DNA of 62,218 bases, the filler included. It is 16 parts of 16 records of this genome, joined end to end, with 100 filler letters (N's around TTAATTAATTAA, not from the genome) between each part and the next. Parts side by side here need not be neighbours in the genome. Positions count along the whole stretch, not along the records: positions 22,507 to 27,297 come from SRR15195285_17489; positions 27,398 to 30,996 come from SRR15195285_17496; positions 31,097 to 35,301 come from SRR15195285_17573; positions 35,402 to 38,831 come from SRR15195285_17607; 12 more parts are not named here. The stretch is one strand, 5' to 3'. Position numbers and translations under genes: made by a program. Under the pieces are notes generated by a model, which saw nothing but the letters and a program-made list of their open reading frames with translations, ran no database searches and was not told the origin of the DNA. The number at the start of each line of letters is the position of its first letter. Positions within the stretch are counted from its first letter, which is position 1. Shown in pieces: positions 22,881 through 35,431 of the stretch.

Positions 22881-25800
22881 TCATAGGCAAGTAATTGTAC
22901 CGTTGGCCAGCTCCCACTGCTGTGCTGCTTTGAGAAACCGCCGCACCTCAAGCGGTTTCATGAACTCAGACAAGTCCTCCGCTACCACATCGGTGACATG
23001 TGACACATCCGTCATACCAAGCTCGGCCAGAGTGGCCTCGTACCCTAAGAGGTCAATGTCTGCCAGAAATTGATGGATACGAGACGCCCGCGCTGGGAGT
23101 GACGCTCCGGCAATCGGGTTTGACGTCTCCTGCGACTCGTTCGAAGTCTGCTCACACGGCTTCTCGTCCTGTGCCGCGTTCGAAGCCTGCTCGGGTTCAC
23201 GCGGCTCCTCTTCCGGCTGTGACTTGATACCACAACGCCGTTTGAGCACACGTAAGCACGTGCTAATTGCGAGCAGCAACAGCACAGCTGTCATGGCTGC
23301 GGCGTAGTACAGAACCATCTCATCCTCGGATCCTTCAGCGGATCCGCCACTACCAGTGTTGTTCGATCCGCCACTACCAGTGTTGATAGTCCTCGGATCT
23401 ACCACTGGCGACGGTGGCGGCTGAGAGTAGCCGCTGGATGGTGGCGGCGGTGCCGGTAGTGGCGGCGGCGGCGGCGCAAGTGGTGGTGGTGAGAGGAAAG
23501 TTTCATGTGGCAGTGAGGTGCAAGCTGCAGCTCCAAGCTCACCCAGGCTGCCACCTTCGAAGAAGATACGACTGCCATCAAACGCTCCCGCCTGAGCTTG
23601 CAGTGCGAACTCAAAGCGGATAGCCGTCACTGAGCTGAGTGAAAGACCATCCTGCACTTGTATGGACCATGTCCCGTATGGCGAGTAGCGGGTGTAGATG
23701 TCCTCCATGTTGCCACTCTGCAGTCGAGGGTCGGAAGTGGAATGGGGTGTGCAACTACGTGCGTCATAGATGCACACAAACGACGGAGTGCTCTCGTCGT
23801 GTGTAAACCGGTGCGTGTTGCCGGATGCGTCCTGGAAGACGCTGGTTCCCTTTTTAATCAGGTCAATCGTGACCCAGTTGTGTTCAGTCGCCGACAGTCC
23901 GACCAGAAACGCACGCACGTCAGAGAACGTGACACCGTAGTAGTTAGATTCCTCCGGCAGAGCGATGCTCAGCGTGATCTTCCCAGTGCGGACAAAGTGA
24001 GGCTGGGCAGCCGGGAGAGCCGCCAGTTCGAAAACTGTCGACGCAAACGTCGAGCTGCCACCGTTGTTGTTACGCGATGCAGTGCGCGAGAAAGCTGACT
24101 GCAAGTCCGTCTCTGCTTGCACGACAAAGTCGAAGTACTCTCTACCAGTCATTGATGCGCTACGAAGCCGGTCGAGGTCGAGACCAGTGTACGGCTGCAG
24201 GAAGAGGTACTCGTATGCTCGCGCCTCCTTGATTACATACTGCAGTCCGATATGACTGTACGCACGCAGCTTGGCGTCCAAGAAGTCTTGCGTGATGGCG
24301 AGTTGTGCTGCGGAATCGGACTGCTCCGAAATCAACTGGGTGGCACGATGAGCACGTCGACCGAGCAGGTCGCGCTGCTGCTCGTTCGTTTGCTTCAATA
24401 ATGCCGCCTGGTAGTATGCCCTCGTCTGCTCCAGCTTGCTGCGAATCAGCGTTACCACTTGATGTACCTCGGTTTCGTACATGGCTGCATTGCCTCCGAG
24501 CGCAGAACTGAAAGTGCCCACGAGAACCTGGTCGTTGAGCATGTTAAGGTCCAGGAAGCTCATGTCCAGCTTGACCAAAGATGCTGGGTCAATCTCCTCG
24601 GGGCTCAACAGCTGCGTGTTCAGGGCAGCCAACGATGAAGCTGTTGCAACCAGCCGCTTGGCCGACTGAACCTTATCTTGCAGAGTTGTAACCCGCTGCT
24701 GCATTGCTAAGCACGCTGCCGGGTCCATGTCACCACACGATTGGAGGCGGCGGCCGAGAAACGAGCCAACTACGTCCCAGGCCTCTTCTATCACAGAGAG
24801 TCCGTACGATGCTTCCTGGGCGACAGCCAGGACCGCGTGGCACGCGCCAGGAGCACCGAGAAAGCCGGTGGCAACGTCGACCGCAGTACACGCTGCGTTC
24901 CCTATCGGGTTGGCAGTGATGGCAGCCGCGATCGAGCCAACCGTGTCGCAAATTTGCTCTGCAGCTTGGAGGCAGGTGCCTTCGTCACGACACGATCCAA
25001 TGCAGCCATGGTTCGGGTCCGTGCTGAGACACTGAGCAGCCACCGATTCTTCCTGCGTGGCAGTGAAGTGGTCGCAGCCCAGAAGCTGGACAATCAGGCT
25101 CGAGGCATCGATGGACGTCTGACACGAGGGGAGGCTCGCCTGACTCTGCATGCAGTTGCGCAGCTGTTGGTCGCAGAATGCCTGCGTCATGCCGCAGGTG
25201 CCGTAGCAGATGTCGTGCGCGTCACAGCATGGCTCCATGTCGTTCATCAGGTCTGACACGGCAGGACATCCAGTTACCCACTCGAGTGCCGTCATTCCCC
25301 AGCTATGAAACTGACCAGTAAAATCATTGCCACATCCGTTTGAGGATGGTTGGACCGGGCCCGCGCAACTCGCAGAGCACGTTGGAGCTCCCGCAAGAAC
25401 AGCAGATGCCTCATCGTCGTCATTCAACCTTTGTTGTGCTAGTGCCTGCTGTTGAGTAAGGCTCTGCAGACGGTGCTCCAGCCGCTGTCGATCGCGCTGC
25501 TGGTCTGTTCCCAGGCCTGCAATCTGCTGCTGGAGCGAGAGCGTCTGTCTGGCGATGTCACTTATGGACCTCTCCAGGACAGCTCGCTCTTCCGACCGCA
25601 GCGCCGCCGCTGAGACAGCGCTTCGGAAGTTCTGTCGGCTGACAGCGAGCTGTCCAGTGACGGATTCTATGAGCGCTGGGCCGTCAAGCTGCATTGTCTG
25701 AAGTGTCTGCTGAATCATGGCGTCTATGCCCAGGATCTGAGTGCGGTAGACATCCATCCGATCTTGCTCGGCATCCACTTTATTCTGCCAGAGGTTTTGC

Positions 25801-27297
25801 TCGTCGACAGCGTCGACCGCTGACAGGTCGACAGTCTGTGACAGAGTCGTCTGCAACTGTTCAAGGGCACGTTCATTATCAAGGCTCTGCAGGAGGGTAT
25901 TGCCGTAGCTCTGCACGCTTCTGAACGTGTCGTGATAAGACGTGAAGGTCAGCGGAGGAACGTCCGTCGTCGAAAGTAGCGTGTCAATGCTGCGCCCCTT
26001 GCCGATACTCTCGGCCATGGCGCAGGCTTGGTCATGCAGGTCGCCCAAAACTGCCGCTGGGGACGACACATCCTGCGGGGCGCAGCTGCCACACGCAACA
26101 GGGCACGCAACCGTGGCAAGCCGACCCGACACGTCGGCATCGCGGTCGCAGAACGCGTGCATGCTGCCTTGCCCTCCCTCGGTGTACATGGAGCACGGAT
26201 TGTTGTAGAACGCGTCCAAGAATTCGGGGTCGTCTTCACACATAGAAACAGCAGGTCTAGCGAATTCTGAAGACACATTGAAGACGACCCCGAATTCGCT
26301 GGAGCTGTCCAGGCAGGCGAGGCTTTCGTACCGCCGCTCATGGCAAAGTTGCGTGGCGATGACGCCCGCGTTGCTCTCTACCGCCTGGAGCTGGTAGTTT
26401 GCTGCTAGCACGAGCCAAGCTGCGGTGCGATTGACCACTGCCTGTAGCCCAGCTTCGCATACTGGTCGGACCGACGCGTACTCATTTGCCGGGGTGTCAA
26501 CACGCCCCACTTCTCGCCACATACGGCCTGGCAGCGAAGCTGTCACGCAGCCGCGCTCTTCCGCTGGCCGTGGTGCTGCACAGCTAGTTCGGCACGCGCC
26601 ATCAAGTCCAGGCAGCCCGCGCCGGAGCTCGTCACAAAGGCTGTTCGTGGCCAGACATGCACAGTCGCGGCAGGACGTGAAGCTGAGAAGCTGCAAGCGG
26701 AGTCTCGCGTCAGGTAGAGCGAGCAGTGCGTCGTTGTCGTCCGGGTCATACACGGGAAGTGCGCAGACAGCCGACGGGTGGGCCTCGAGGCAGTCTGCAT
26801 TGGAATCGTAACAATGGTCTTCTAATCCACACTCGGTGGAGCTAGCTGGTGGATGCATCCCCCTACCGCATGTCGTACACGGAGTGGCCGGGTCGTAGTC
26901 AGTATCTGCTGTCGCAGGATGGTCACAGGATGTGATAGTGCAACTGCCGCTCGCGGGTGTACAACTTGAGCAGTTTGCCTCACCGCCGGGACCAAAGAAG
27001 CCCAAATCGCACGACACACACGGTGTCAGTCCGGACACGTCGTGATCCCAAGTTCCTGCCACGCATGAGCGACATGACGCAGAACCTCGCATTGCGTAGG
27101 AACCCGCGAGACAGGTCGTGCATGAGGTGATGGAGGCACTTCCAAATGAGGGGTTGGCCTTGCCGCTTGGGCAGTTAATGCACGACGTGTGACCCGTGGT
27201 CGGTTGATATTGCCCACTTGAGCACGGCGTGCACCTCAACGACCCGGAGACGCTGTTATATCGGCCGCTTGAGCACGACGTGCAGCTCGTACTGCCA
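22881..27297 (-). CDS. Large type-I membrane protein: GCC2/ephrin-receptor-like Cys repeats, coiled coil, group XII-like secreted PLA2, Tc-toxin-like C-terminal beta domain, TM, cytosolic SAM (5'-partial)
   Basis: CTPCSSGQYQ..CINCPSGK repeats. NGCG and CCDAHDICYGTCG...CD...NCM (PLA2 His-Asp). YSPYGTWSIQV..LSSVTAIRFEF. TM YYAAAMTAVLLLLAISTCL. SAM IHQFLADIDLLGYEATLAELG...DL...MKPLEVRRFLKA. Confidence 0.8.
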
Positions 27298-27397
27298 NNN
27301 NNNNNNNNNNNNNNNNNNNNNNNNNNNNNNNNNNNNNNNNNTTAATTAATTAANNNNNNNNNNNNNNNNNNNNNNNNNNNNNNNNNNNNNNNNNNNN

Positions 27398-28995
27398 CGG
27401 CTCGGGATTGACGCTGTTGAGTTGCACTCCGGCGGATCGGGATCGATGTCAATAGAGCAGCTGGCTGAAGCTGCGACACCACCGCGGCTGATCTATACCA
27501 CACCTGAGTGGCTGGTCCGCCACTACACACGGCTGTCGCAAGATGCAGGTCTCAAGGTGGGCCGTTTGGTGGTGGACGAGGCGCACTGTCTGTCTGAGTG
27601 GGGTGCAGCATCGGGCTTTCGATCGGATTACTTGCATCTCGGACGAGTTCGCAGCTTCCTTGCAGCTCGCGCAGGACTATCATCGCTGCCGGTGAGCTGC
27701 TTTACGGCCACGGCAGCCGAGCAAGTGCGCCGAGACATCGTCCAACACCTTGGCCTGCCGCCTCTGAGGTGTGCAGTTCTGCCGGACTTGTCAGCAGTCC
27801 CGGAGCCTGAGCCTGAGCCGGGGACTGGGGGAAACCAGAATAGTTTGAATGGGACGCTCCTCATTGAGGCTGATCCGGATAGACCGAATCTAGAGCTACA
27901 TGTCAGGCCTGCACCCACCGGTGTCGCTGTGCAAGGTTCTGCTCACGAATCTGAACGAATGCTGATCGAAGAACTCGGACGCGAGATATTCACCAGCAGC
28001 TACAGCACAAGGCATATAGTGGGTAGAAATGATCCACTGCGATTGCCTCCTCGGACGATTGTCTTCTGCACCACCCGGTCGGACGCTGAGCGCATTGCGG
28101 TCGGGCTGGCTGGACTCCTCCCCGCTTTGATGGCTGCAGGTAGCGACGGCAATGATATTGAAAGGAGTTATGGAAGAAGTGGTGGGACTGTTAGTGTCGG
28201 TGTATATCATTCTGGTCTGAGCAGCGCTGCTCGGCGCAAGTCGGCGCGCCAGTGGACCCGTGGGGTGACGAGGGTTCTGGTTGCTACGCCAGCAGTTGGA
28301 CTTGGGCTTGACTCTCCAGATGTTGAGCTCGTCTTGCATCCAACGCTGCCACCTTCACTTGCATCGTACTGGCAACAGGTTGGTCGCGCCGGCCGCGATG
28401 GACGGAAGGCTCGTTGTGTGCTTTGGTACAACCCAGGAGATGTGCAACGCGTGCGACACTGCCTGCAGGCGGCGAATCCTGGCCTACATTCTTTGCCGCG
28501 TGGGCAAGTAGACCTGTCGGCGATGGTGGCATTCTGCACTGCTGCAGGTTGCCGGCGCGAAATTCTTTTTGAATGTGCGTGCCAACTACTAGTAGCACCT
28601 TTGATGTCGTACATCTTGAATTGGTTCAATACCTCTTAACTGGATCGTAAGCTTGATAATTATCGATGAGATGCGTAATCGCTGTAATCATTCTGTTGGT
28701 AGACTTGAGTGGCGATAAGGCGAATCTTTACGAAGCCCGCGACGACGTGATTCTGCGACACTGCGGCAACTGTGACAACTGTATGCAAGCAAGTGGCAGA
28801 GTAGTACAGGACAGTACGCAGGAGACTAGCAAGCTGATCGATATTGCCGTCGAGGCGCTTTCTGAGGCCGTGGATACGAATCCTAAGCTCGCGGAGCGCG
28901 AACATGCGCGAGCTGTCCGCCGCCGCAGACGAGACCAAGCGCGCGCGCGTAGGCAACAGCTAGCGTCAGTAGTGGCTGTCGCACGGCGCAGCTAA
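27398..28995 (+). CDS. RecQ-family ATP-dependent DNA helicase (5'-partial); intron 28575-28702
   Basis: LIYTTPE, VVDEAHCLSEWG..FRSDY, FTATA, DRPNL, YHSGL, QQVGRAGRDG. The Zn motif CRR...CGNCDNC is completed across a phase-1 GTGCGT...TAG intron. Confidence 0.92.
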
Positions 28996-29173
28996 AGACG
29001 ACTAGTAGGCCCACAGTGCTTTTCTGACGGTACCAGAACGATGGAACAAAGACGATACAATCAGTCCATCCCGTCCAATCCAATGTGGGCCTTGATGAGG
29101 TGACTGCTAGATCTAGTGATACCAGGTACCTGCGTAAATGTTAGGGTGAAACAATTCATTGTTTGACTTCGTC

Positions 29174-30460
29174 CTATTGATAGTCTCTGACGCCTTCACA
29201 ATGCGGTAGAGATTGGTTCACATTGACCTGATTCATCGGCAAACGGTTGCGCCCTGATATTGCAGGCTTTGCTGAGGCCTTCAGCTTGATTCGTTTGCAC
29301 GAGAGCTGCTCCTGATGTTTCAGATCGCTTTGCTCGTTCTGGGCTCGTTTCCGACCGTCAATGTCGTGACTAGTGCCTGAGACCTTCTTGTCTACCGGCG
29401 AATCAGGCGGTGGTTGCTGTCCAAAGTCTAACACAGGCAGTCGGATCGTGGACTCTGTGCCTGGTCCGTCTGCGCAAGAATTTTGCGTTTGTGGGCTGCG
29501 CAGACGCGCGGCAATGTTTCTCCAACTTGCATGATCTTCCTCCGCGCAAACCTGCAGCAAGCACAAGTTAGACAAGCGCACAGACAGCCATGGTCAAAAG
29601 GAGCACTGCGCTTGAAGCAGGAGTCACTGGACCGGAAGCACCATCAGCAAAACTACGAATCGATGTATGATGTGACCAAACGGTGGCTACTTACAGTGCT
29701 GCTGGTGCGCGGAGCGGTGCTGTAGCGCATGATGGGTGCCCGATGATTGCAGCCAGCCGAGTCCAAACGCCCTCTTCTAACTGGTGCGAGGATATCTGAT
29801 ATTGCACGCGCCCATATTCGCAGTGTTTTGCTCGACTCGCATGAGAGCCGCAGAGTCGTCCCTCCGCGCTCCTGCGCTCGAGTCGGTAGGAGGCTCGAGG
29901 AGACGGACTCGCGCACGGTTAGCTCCAGCACGGCTCGCTTTCCAGGCTGTACATCCACCGGTTCAGGCCCTAGGTGCTTCTCAGGTTTGGCACCGGTCAT
30001 TCTATGACCCTGGTCGTCCTCCTCGTTCACCGCCAGGCCGAACGTGCCCGGCTGCAGCAGCACGACACGGCGCGGCTTGCTCGAGCTGGGCGAGTCGTAC
30101 ACTAGCAGCCAGAAACCGTGCGCGTTCATGCCGCCCTCAGCGGCGGCATGGAATCCCAGCGAGTCGCCGCGGCTAAGCTGGCTAGCTGTCGGCTGCCCCA
30201 CTGGCCACAGCACCAACCACCGCACGTTCCAAGTCTTTAACCAGTCGCTTTGCTTCGAGAGCCAGCCGGACTGCGCCACTCCCGGAAGCACGACGTCGCT
30301 CGCAGGCACCTGCAGCAGCTCCTCCGCAGTGTGGTTCATCGCGGTGAACCGCCCTGCCTGCCACCGTCCGATCGATCCCTGCGTTTCGGCGTCTCCACCA
30401 CCCCGTGCTAATAATGCACCCCCCGGGGGGTTCGCACCCTCAACCAGAGCGTGTACACGT
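29174..30460 (-). CDS. PH-domain protein; intron 29552-29694; start unresolved
   Basis: QSGWLSKQSDWLKTWNVRWLVL...LRLSCESSKTLRIWARAI. A phase-0 GTAAGT...TGCAG intron joins the 29174-29551 exon. Confidence 0.6.
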
Positions 30461-30950
30461 CTGCAGGCTGCTCTCGTGAGCAGCAGCCACCCTGGCTGCG
30501 ACACACACACAGCGTGGGCCACGTGCCAACGCCGTTCGCAACGGTACTCCGGAGATAGAGTCGGTACTCAAGTACCCGGTTGATTCAGGGGCATCGCGAT
30601 CGCCTGCACTGCATGTACATTCAGACTAACACAAACACAAAACACCCAACCGGGGCACTGCCAATACTACAGGACTGACTGTGACTCGACTGACTAACTA
30701 TTATTCAATTATAGGAACCCGACGCCATCAGGCGTCGGGGTCATCCCCAGCCTCGTCGTCAGCGCGCGCGAGCGGGCGCGAGCGCCGGGCGCGAAGTTGG
30801 CGTTGGCCGTTGGGTCACCCTCTCTCTAGAGAGAGCTAGCTAGAGCAGAGTCGTACCGAGGCTACTGCTGGCTCTGCATCGATAGGCGGCTCGCTGCAGC
30901 GGGTGGTGGCGGCGATGATGATGATGTAGCTCAGGGTGCCCGCGCCGCCG

Positions 30951-30996
30951 ATGCTGGTGCGGCTGCTTGCGGCGGCGGCGGCGGCGGCGGCGGCGG
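30951..30996 (+). CDS. Possible start of a secreted protein (signal peptide, truncated)
   Basis: ATG in a GCCGCCG context, then MLVRLLAAAAAAAAA running into the spacer. Confidence 0.3.
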
Positions 30997-31246
30997 NNNN
31001 NNNNNNNNNNNNNNNNNNNNNNNNNNNNNNNNNNNNNNNNTTAATTAATTAANNNNNNNNNNNNNNNNNNNNNNNNNNNNNNNNNNNNNNNNNNNNGAAG
31101 GTAGTGGGAGCGATACGACGGATCGTCTCTCTGATGCTAGAGCGGAAACGCTACAGTAGCTATCATACGCGCGTAGAGCCGTACGATACATAGTGTGACA
31201 CGCGTTAGCACGTAAGCACAGAGGCATGCACGGCTCATCGCGATCG

Positions 31247-34200
31247 ATGCAGTTCGCGAGCGACCGCCTGGTCGCCAAGCTATCGTCCCTGATGATGCTG
31301 GCGTCCAGTACTGCCGGCGGCGTCGACCCGTTCGCCAACTGTGGCGCTGGCGAGGCAGGCATCGAGGTGCTGCGCGGCGAGCTCGACTCGCCGTTTGGGC
31401 TGAAGCAATGGTGTTGCGGCAACACGACGTGGTCAACCTTTAGCTGGCGAGCCAAAGCGACACGCAACGTCGACTTTGCGTTGGGCAGTGTCAGCGGTGC
31501 AGTGCCAGCGGTGCCGGGCGGGCTCTCCAATGCTAGTGCTTGCGAGAAGCATCCCACCACATCACCAGACTGCTTCTCGTTCTGCTTTAACACGTCCCAC
31601 GGGGGCGAGTGCAGCCCGATTCCAGGCCCGACGGCGACACCACCAGCCGCATGCCAGGCAGCGCTCGACGCGGTGTGCAATGCGCCAACCAACGGCAAGT
31701 GCACAAACGACACGATCAAGGCCGTGGGCCGCGGCGCGCTGCCGCTGATTGGACTCTTTGATGCTGCCTGCTACAACTCGACGGTCAATCACACCGTGAC
31801 AACCCGCTGCAGTACCATTCCTGAGTGGCGATGTTACAGTCGTGACGCCCTCGACCCTACACAAAAACACTGGGACCACTCTTCGGCTGTGCCGTTGAGC
31901 TGCGGTCAGAGCAACACCGCCCTCCGGGACCAGCTCGCGGCAGCCTTTGACACAGATGTTTGCCAGTCCGTTGCGCCTGGCAAACCCGCGTACCCTGCTG
32001 ACACGTGGAGTAAGTGGACCGGCTTCCAGCCCGACGATATCACGACCTCTCGGAGCAACAAGAACCTCACCAGCTCTGTCGGTGCATACTGGTGTCAGGC
32101 ATACCCGAACGAATATCTCGACCCGATACAGAGACTGGTTCTACAGCTTTCTGTTCGTGGGGTCTTCAATGGCAACTCCAGCAACATCACCATAGAAATT
32201 CGACCGATCAAACCGGCAGGTGCAACTTACCAGATCACCGCGATGGTTGCCCCGGTGACGTCACCCTCCATGCCAGGGAAGTCACCCTCGCTCAGCATCC
32301 CTGTGATGGTCTCGCGCGAAAACCTGACAGTAGCGGCAAGCCATCTCCGCCCCAAGGTTGCCGCGGTCGACGGCACCATACGCCCGGTGGTGACAGAGCA
32401 CGAGCACAACTCTGCGATCTTCAAGGCGCTGCCACAGTACAATAATACACCTAAACTGATTCAGGTTGTTCAGGGCTACCACGGTGCAAATGATGTCGAA
32501 GGCTGGGTACAGGCGACGCGTGCACTGGTGGGGTTCGGCGCGACCGGCATCACAGCGCCAGCTTCAATCCCGGGAAAATTAATATTCGATGCCAGTGGTG
32601 TTGTTGCTGCCCGTGTAAATGGCGGGCTACGCCCACCCACCAACGTGACTTCCCACCACCCAATGGAAGCGTGTGCATCAGCAACATCAGACAATGGGCA
32701 TTGTTGGGGCAATTCCGACGAAGAGGTAGCTACCAATCTCAAGGTCTGGGCAGAGTCAGAAGTTGGGCCGTTGCGAGCGGCGGGATTCACAACCCTGACA
32801 CAGTTCAGCTTGCATGACGAGCTGGGCTGGTCATACCCAGCGATCTGGGCTGGTGGGGCAAATATCAGTGGCAACCCGCGGATATTCAAGCGGTTTATCG
32901 CTTACATCAAGGAGCACAGTGGACTTACCACGCCACAAGATTTTGGCGCGGACAGCTGGAATGAGGTGGTACCGATCACACGGCAGAATATCACAGCGGG
33001 CGAGCCACACGAACAGGCGCTACGCGTTCGCGCGTACTGGTCGATCCGCTTTGCCGCGTTTGATGTCGTCTCGTTTTATAGTCGGGCCACCGCGGCGCTG
33101 ATTGCGGCGAACGGTGGCGAGGCGTTCAGCATTTACACCAACACAAATAACTTTCATGGGCGGCTGTTCACACCAGGTCTTCCTCATATACAACCAGGTA
33201 CTGGTGTGCAGACGATGGGGGCCGACCGTGGTGGTATGGACTGGATGGAAGCGGGCCGGTATAAGGCTGGCTCGATGCTGTGGACAGAAGACTGGTTTGC
33301 GGAATCGTACGCATCGGAATGGAGCTACCTGGCGGCGCGAATGCGGTGTGCTGCGAAACTCGGTGGCCCGGAGGTTCAGTTCGGCAGCTATATCGTCCCC
33401 CGTGGACCGACTGGTACTGTCAACCATGGAACTGTCGCGTTGCTACAGAAAGCTCTAACTTTGGTGGGCACGGGCGCTAAAGGCTTTGACTGGTTTGAGT
33501 TCGGGCCGGAACCCCTGTTCCCTGGCAATTGTTGGACGGCGATTGGGATGCACGAGAAGAATCACAGCATGTTCCACTGGATTGGCGAGGCCAGCCGCAT
33601 GATTGCTGATGCAGAGGACTTGCTGTATCCAGGCGCCATGCCGGACTCGGAAGTTGGTATCCTGTTCCCACGCTCATCCTGGCTGTGGGACAACTCGACG
33701 CAGATGACAGGATCATGCAGTACCGACAAGAAGGGCGACCCAGAGTGTACACAGCTTGGGTCAGAGTGCGTCGCCACGATCGATCTATATTGCTCGACTG
33801 AGGCTGGTGGTCCACCTACTATGTGCAGCGACTGCCTTGCTGCCTGGCCGGCGAAACTGAGCCAAGCAAACTGTCCGAAGGATGCCACCACGGGTGCGTT
33901 TGACTCGGTACTGCTTAGCTACTGCGAAGGCCTAGGACCAGCTGGTCCATTTAGCAATGAGGATCAAGGTAGTGCGTCGATGGATTACCAAGCAACAGTC
34001 TACGCGCTGTTTCGAGCACTGCAACAAGTTTCGAACATTCAAGTTGATCTGATCGACGAAGATGATCTCACGGCACAAAAGCTCTCTACACTGAAAGTCC
34101 TCATCATCACTGAGCCCGATGTGCCAGTCGAAGGCCAAACAGCGGTGGTCCAGTGGGTGAAGACCGGTGGAAGTCTGTTGACGGTAACTGGCGCTGTGAG

Positions 34201-34962
34201 TGGCGACCGATACAATCAGCCATCAACGGTTCTTTCGTCGGCAACAGGGATTGCGGAGGCTCCACGGCCGCGTATGATGATCCAATGGACTTCCCAGCTT
34301 TCTGCAGCTGGCATGGGCTCTGGTGACTTGGGAGCATTCACTGCGTACGGTGTGCGTGGCAACATCACCACATTCCAGTCCGGCTCCAAGCAGCTAGCAA
34401 CGTTTGATGATGGGTCGCCGGCCATCATTCAAAATATGGTGGGCCATGGGATGGCAACACACTTCGCCTTCCTGCCAGGAGTTCGGTTCAGAAACCAGAA
34501 CCCGTATCGAGCAGACCCACACTATGTACGCCTTTGCTCTACGCCTTACCTACTAGCGCATGCTGCTATGTCGATTGCGAGATGCTTTTAACACAGCCGG
34601 ACTGCCGTCCTGTGGCGCAGAATTGCGTCGTCAACTACACTGACGGAAGCCTCCCTTACTTGTTGCACGTCCTGAACGAGAGTGGCGTCGTACCTCGTGT
34701 GGTTGTGTCCACAACGCAGGTCGAAACTCCCCTTCTCACCTCTGCAGCTGGGAGTGTGCTAACGCTACTGAACTGGAATGAAAGCCCGGTAGAGACGCTG
34801 GCTGTCACGGTGCTCCTCGACCACGACGTTGAAAGCGTTACCACGACTGGGGCGAACATTAGTCTGAAATTCACGTCCACCCAGAAAGGGGATCAATTTC
34901 GGGTCGCGTTTTCCATGACACTAGAGCATTGCGACATTGTGACACTGCCTGCTAAGAAATGA
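31247..34962 (+). CDS. Secreted GH42-like glycoside hydrolase (TIM barrel + beta-galactosidase trimerisation-like domain) with Cys-rich inserts; intron 34526-34620
   Basis: SLHDELGW, WTEDW, GAKGFDWFEFGP, AEDLLYP..VGILFPRSSWLWD, QVDLIDEDDL..LKVLIITEP..WVKTGGSL, VGHGMATHF. A phase-0 GTACGC...GCAG intron adds the C-terminal beta exon. Confidence 0.7.
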
Positions 34963-35401
34963 GGGCGCGCACACTGGCGGCGGCTCGCGCTGGTAGCGTA
35001 GCTATGCACGAATGTTAACAATTCACGAGAAATGAATTTTGTATCGATCGGTGGCCTTTTCCTCCACAGTTTGCTCAGATCCAAGGCCGAGGGCGGAGGC
35101 CCTTCTGCCCGCCTTCGGTGTGCTCGGCTGTACCGAAGCACTGCTAGACATCTACGCGCCTCTAGCTAGCCTGTCTAGGCTCTAAACGCATCTACGCGCA
35201 AGCCCCCGTTCGGCGGCGCGACCACAGGCACGCGCAGCGGGGCACATTAGCAAGCTTTCGTCGTCGTCGTCATTAGCGTGGGTCAAAATGTTTGCAACAG
35301 TNNNNNNNNNNNNNNNNNNNNNNNNNNNNNNNNNNNNNNNNNNNNTTAATTAATTAANNNNNNNNNNNNNNNNNNNNNNNNNNNNNNNNNNNNNNNNNNN
35401 N

Positions 35402-35431
35402 TTTTCCCGCTGGAAAGAGGCGTGGTAGATG
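35402..35431 (+). repeat. 30-bp repeat, copy 1 (TTTTCCCGCTGGAAAGAGGCGTGGTAGATG)
   Basis: Exact reverse complement of 38802-38831 at the other end of the same contig. Confidence 0.95.

Noticed and set aside
35030-35150. Hairpins plus AATTTTG suggesting an snRNA or a Helitron 3' end
   Set aside because: No U1/U2/U4/U5/U6 signature, stems are imperfect, and the CTAG is not followed by T.
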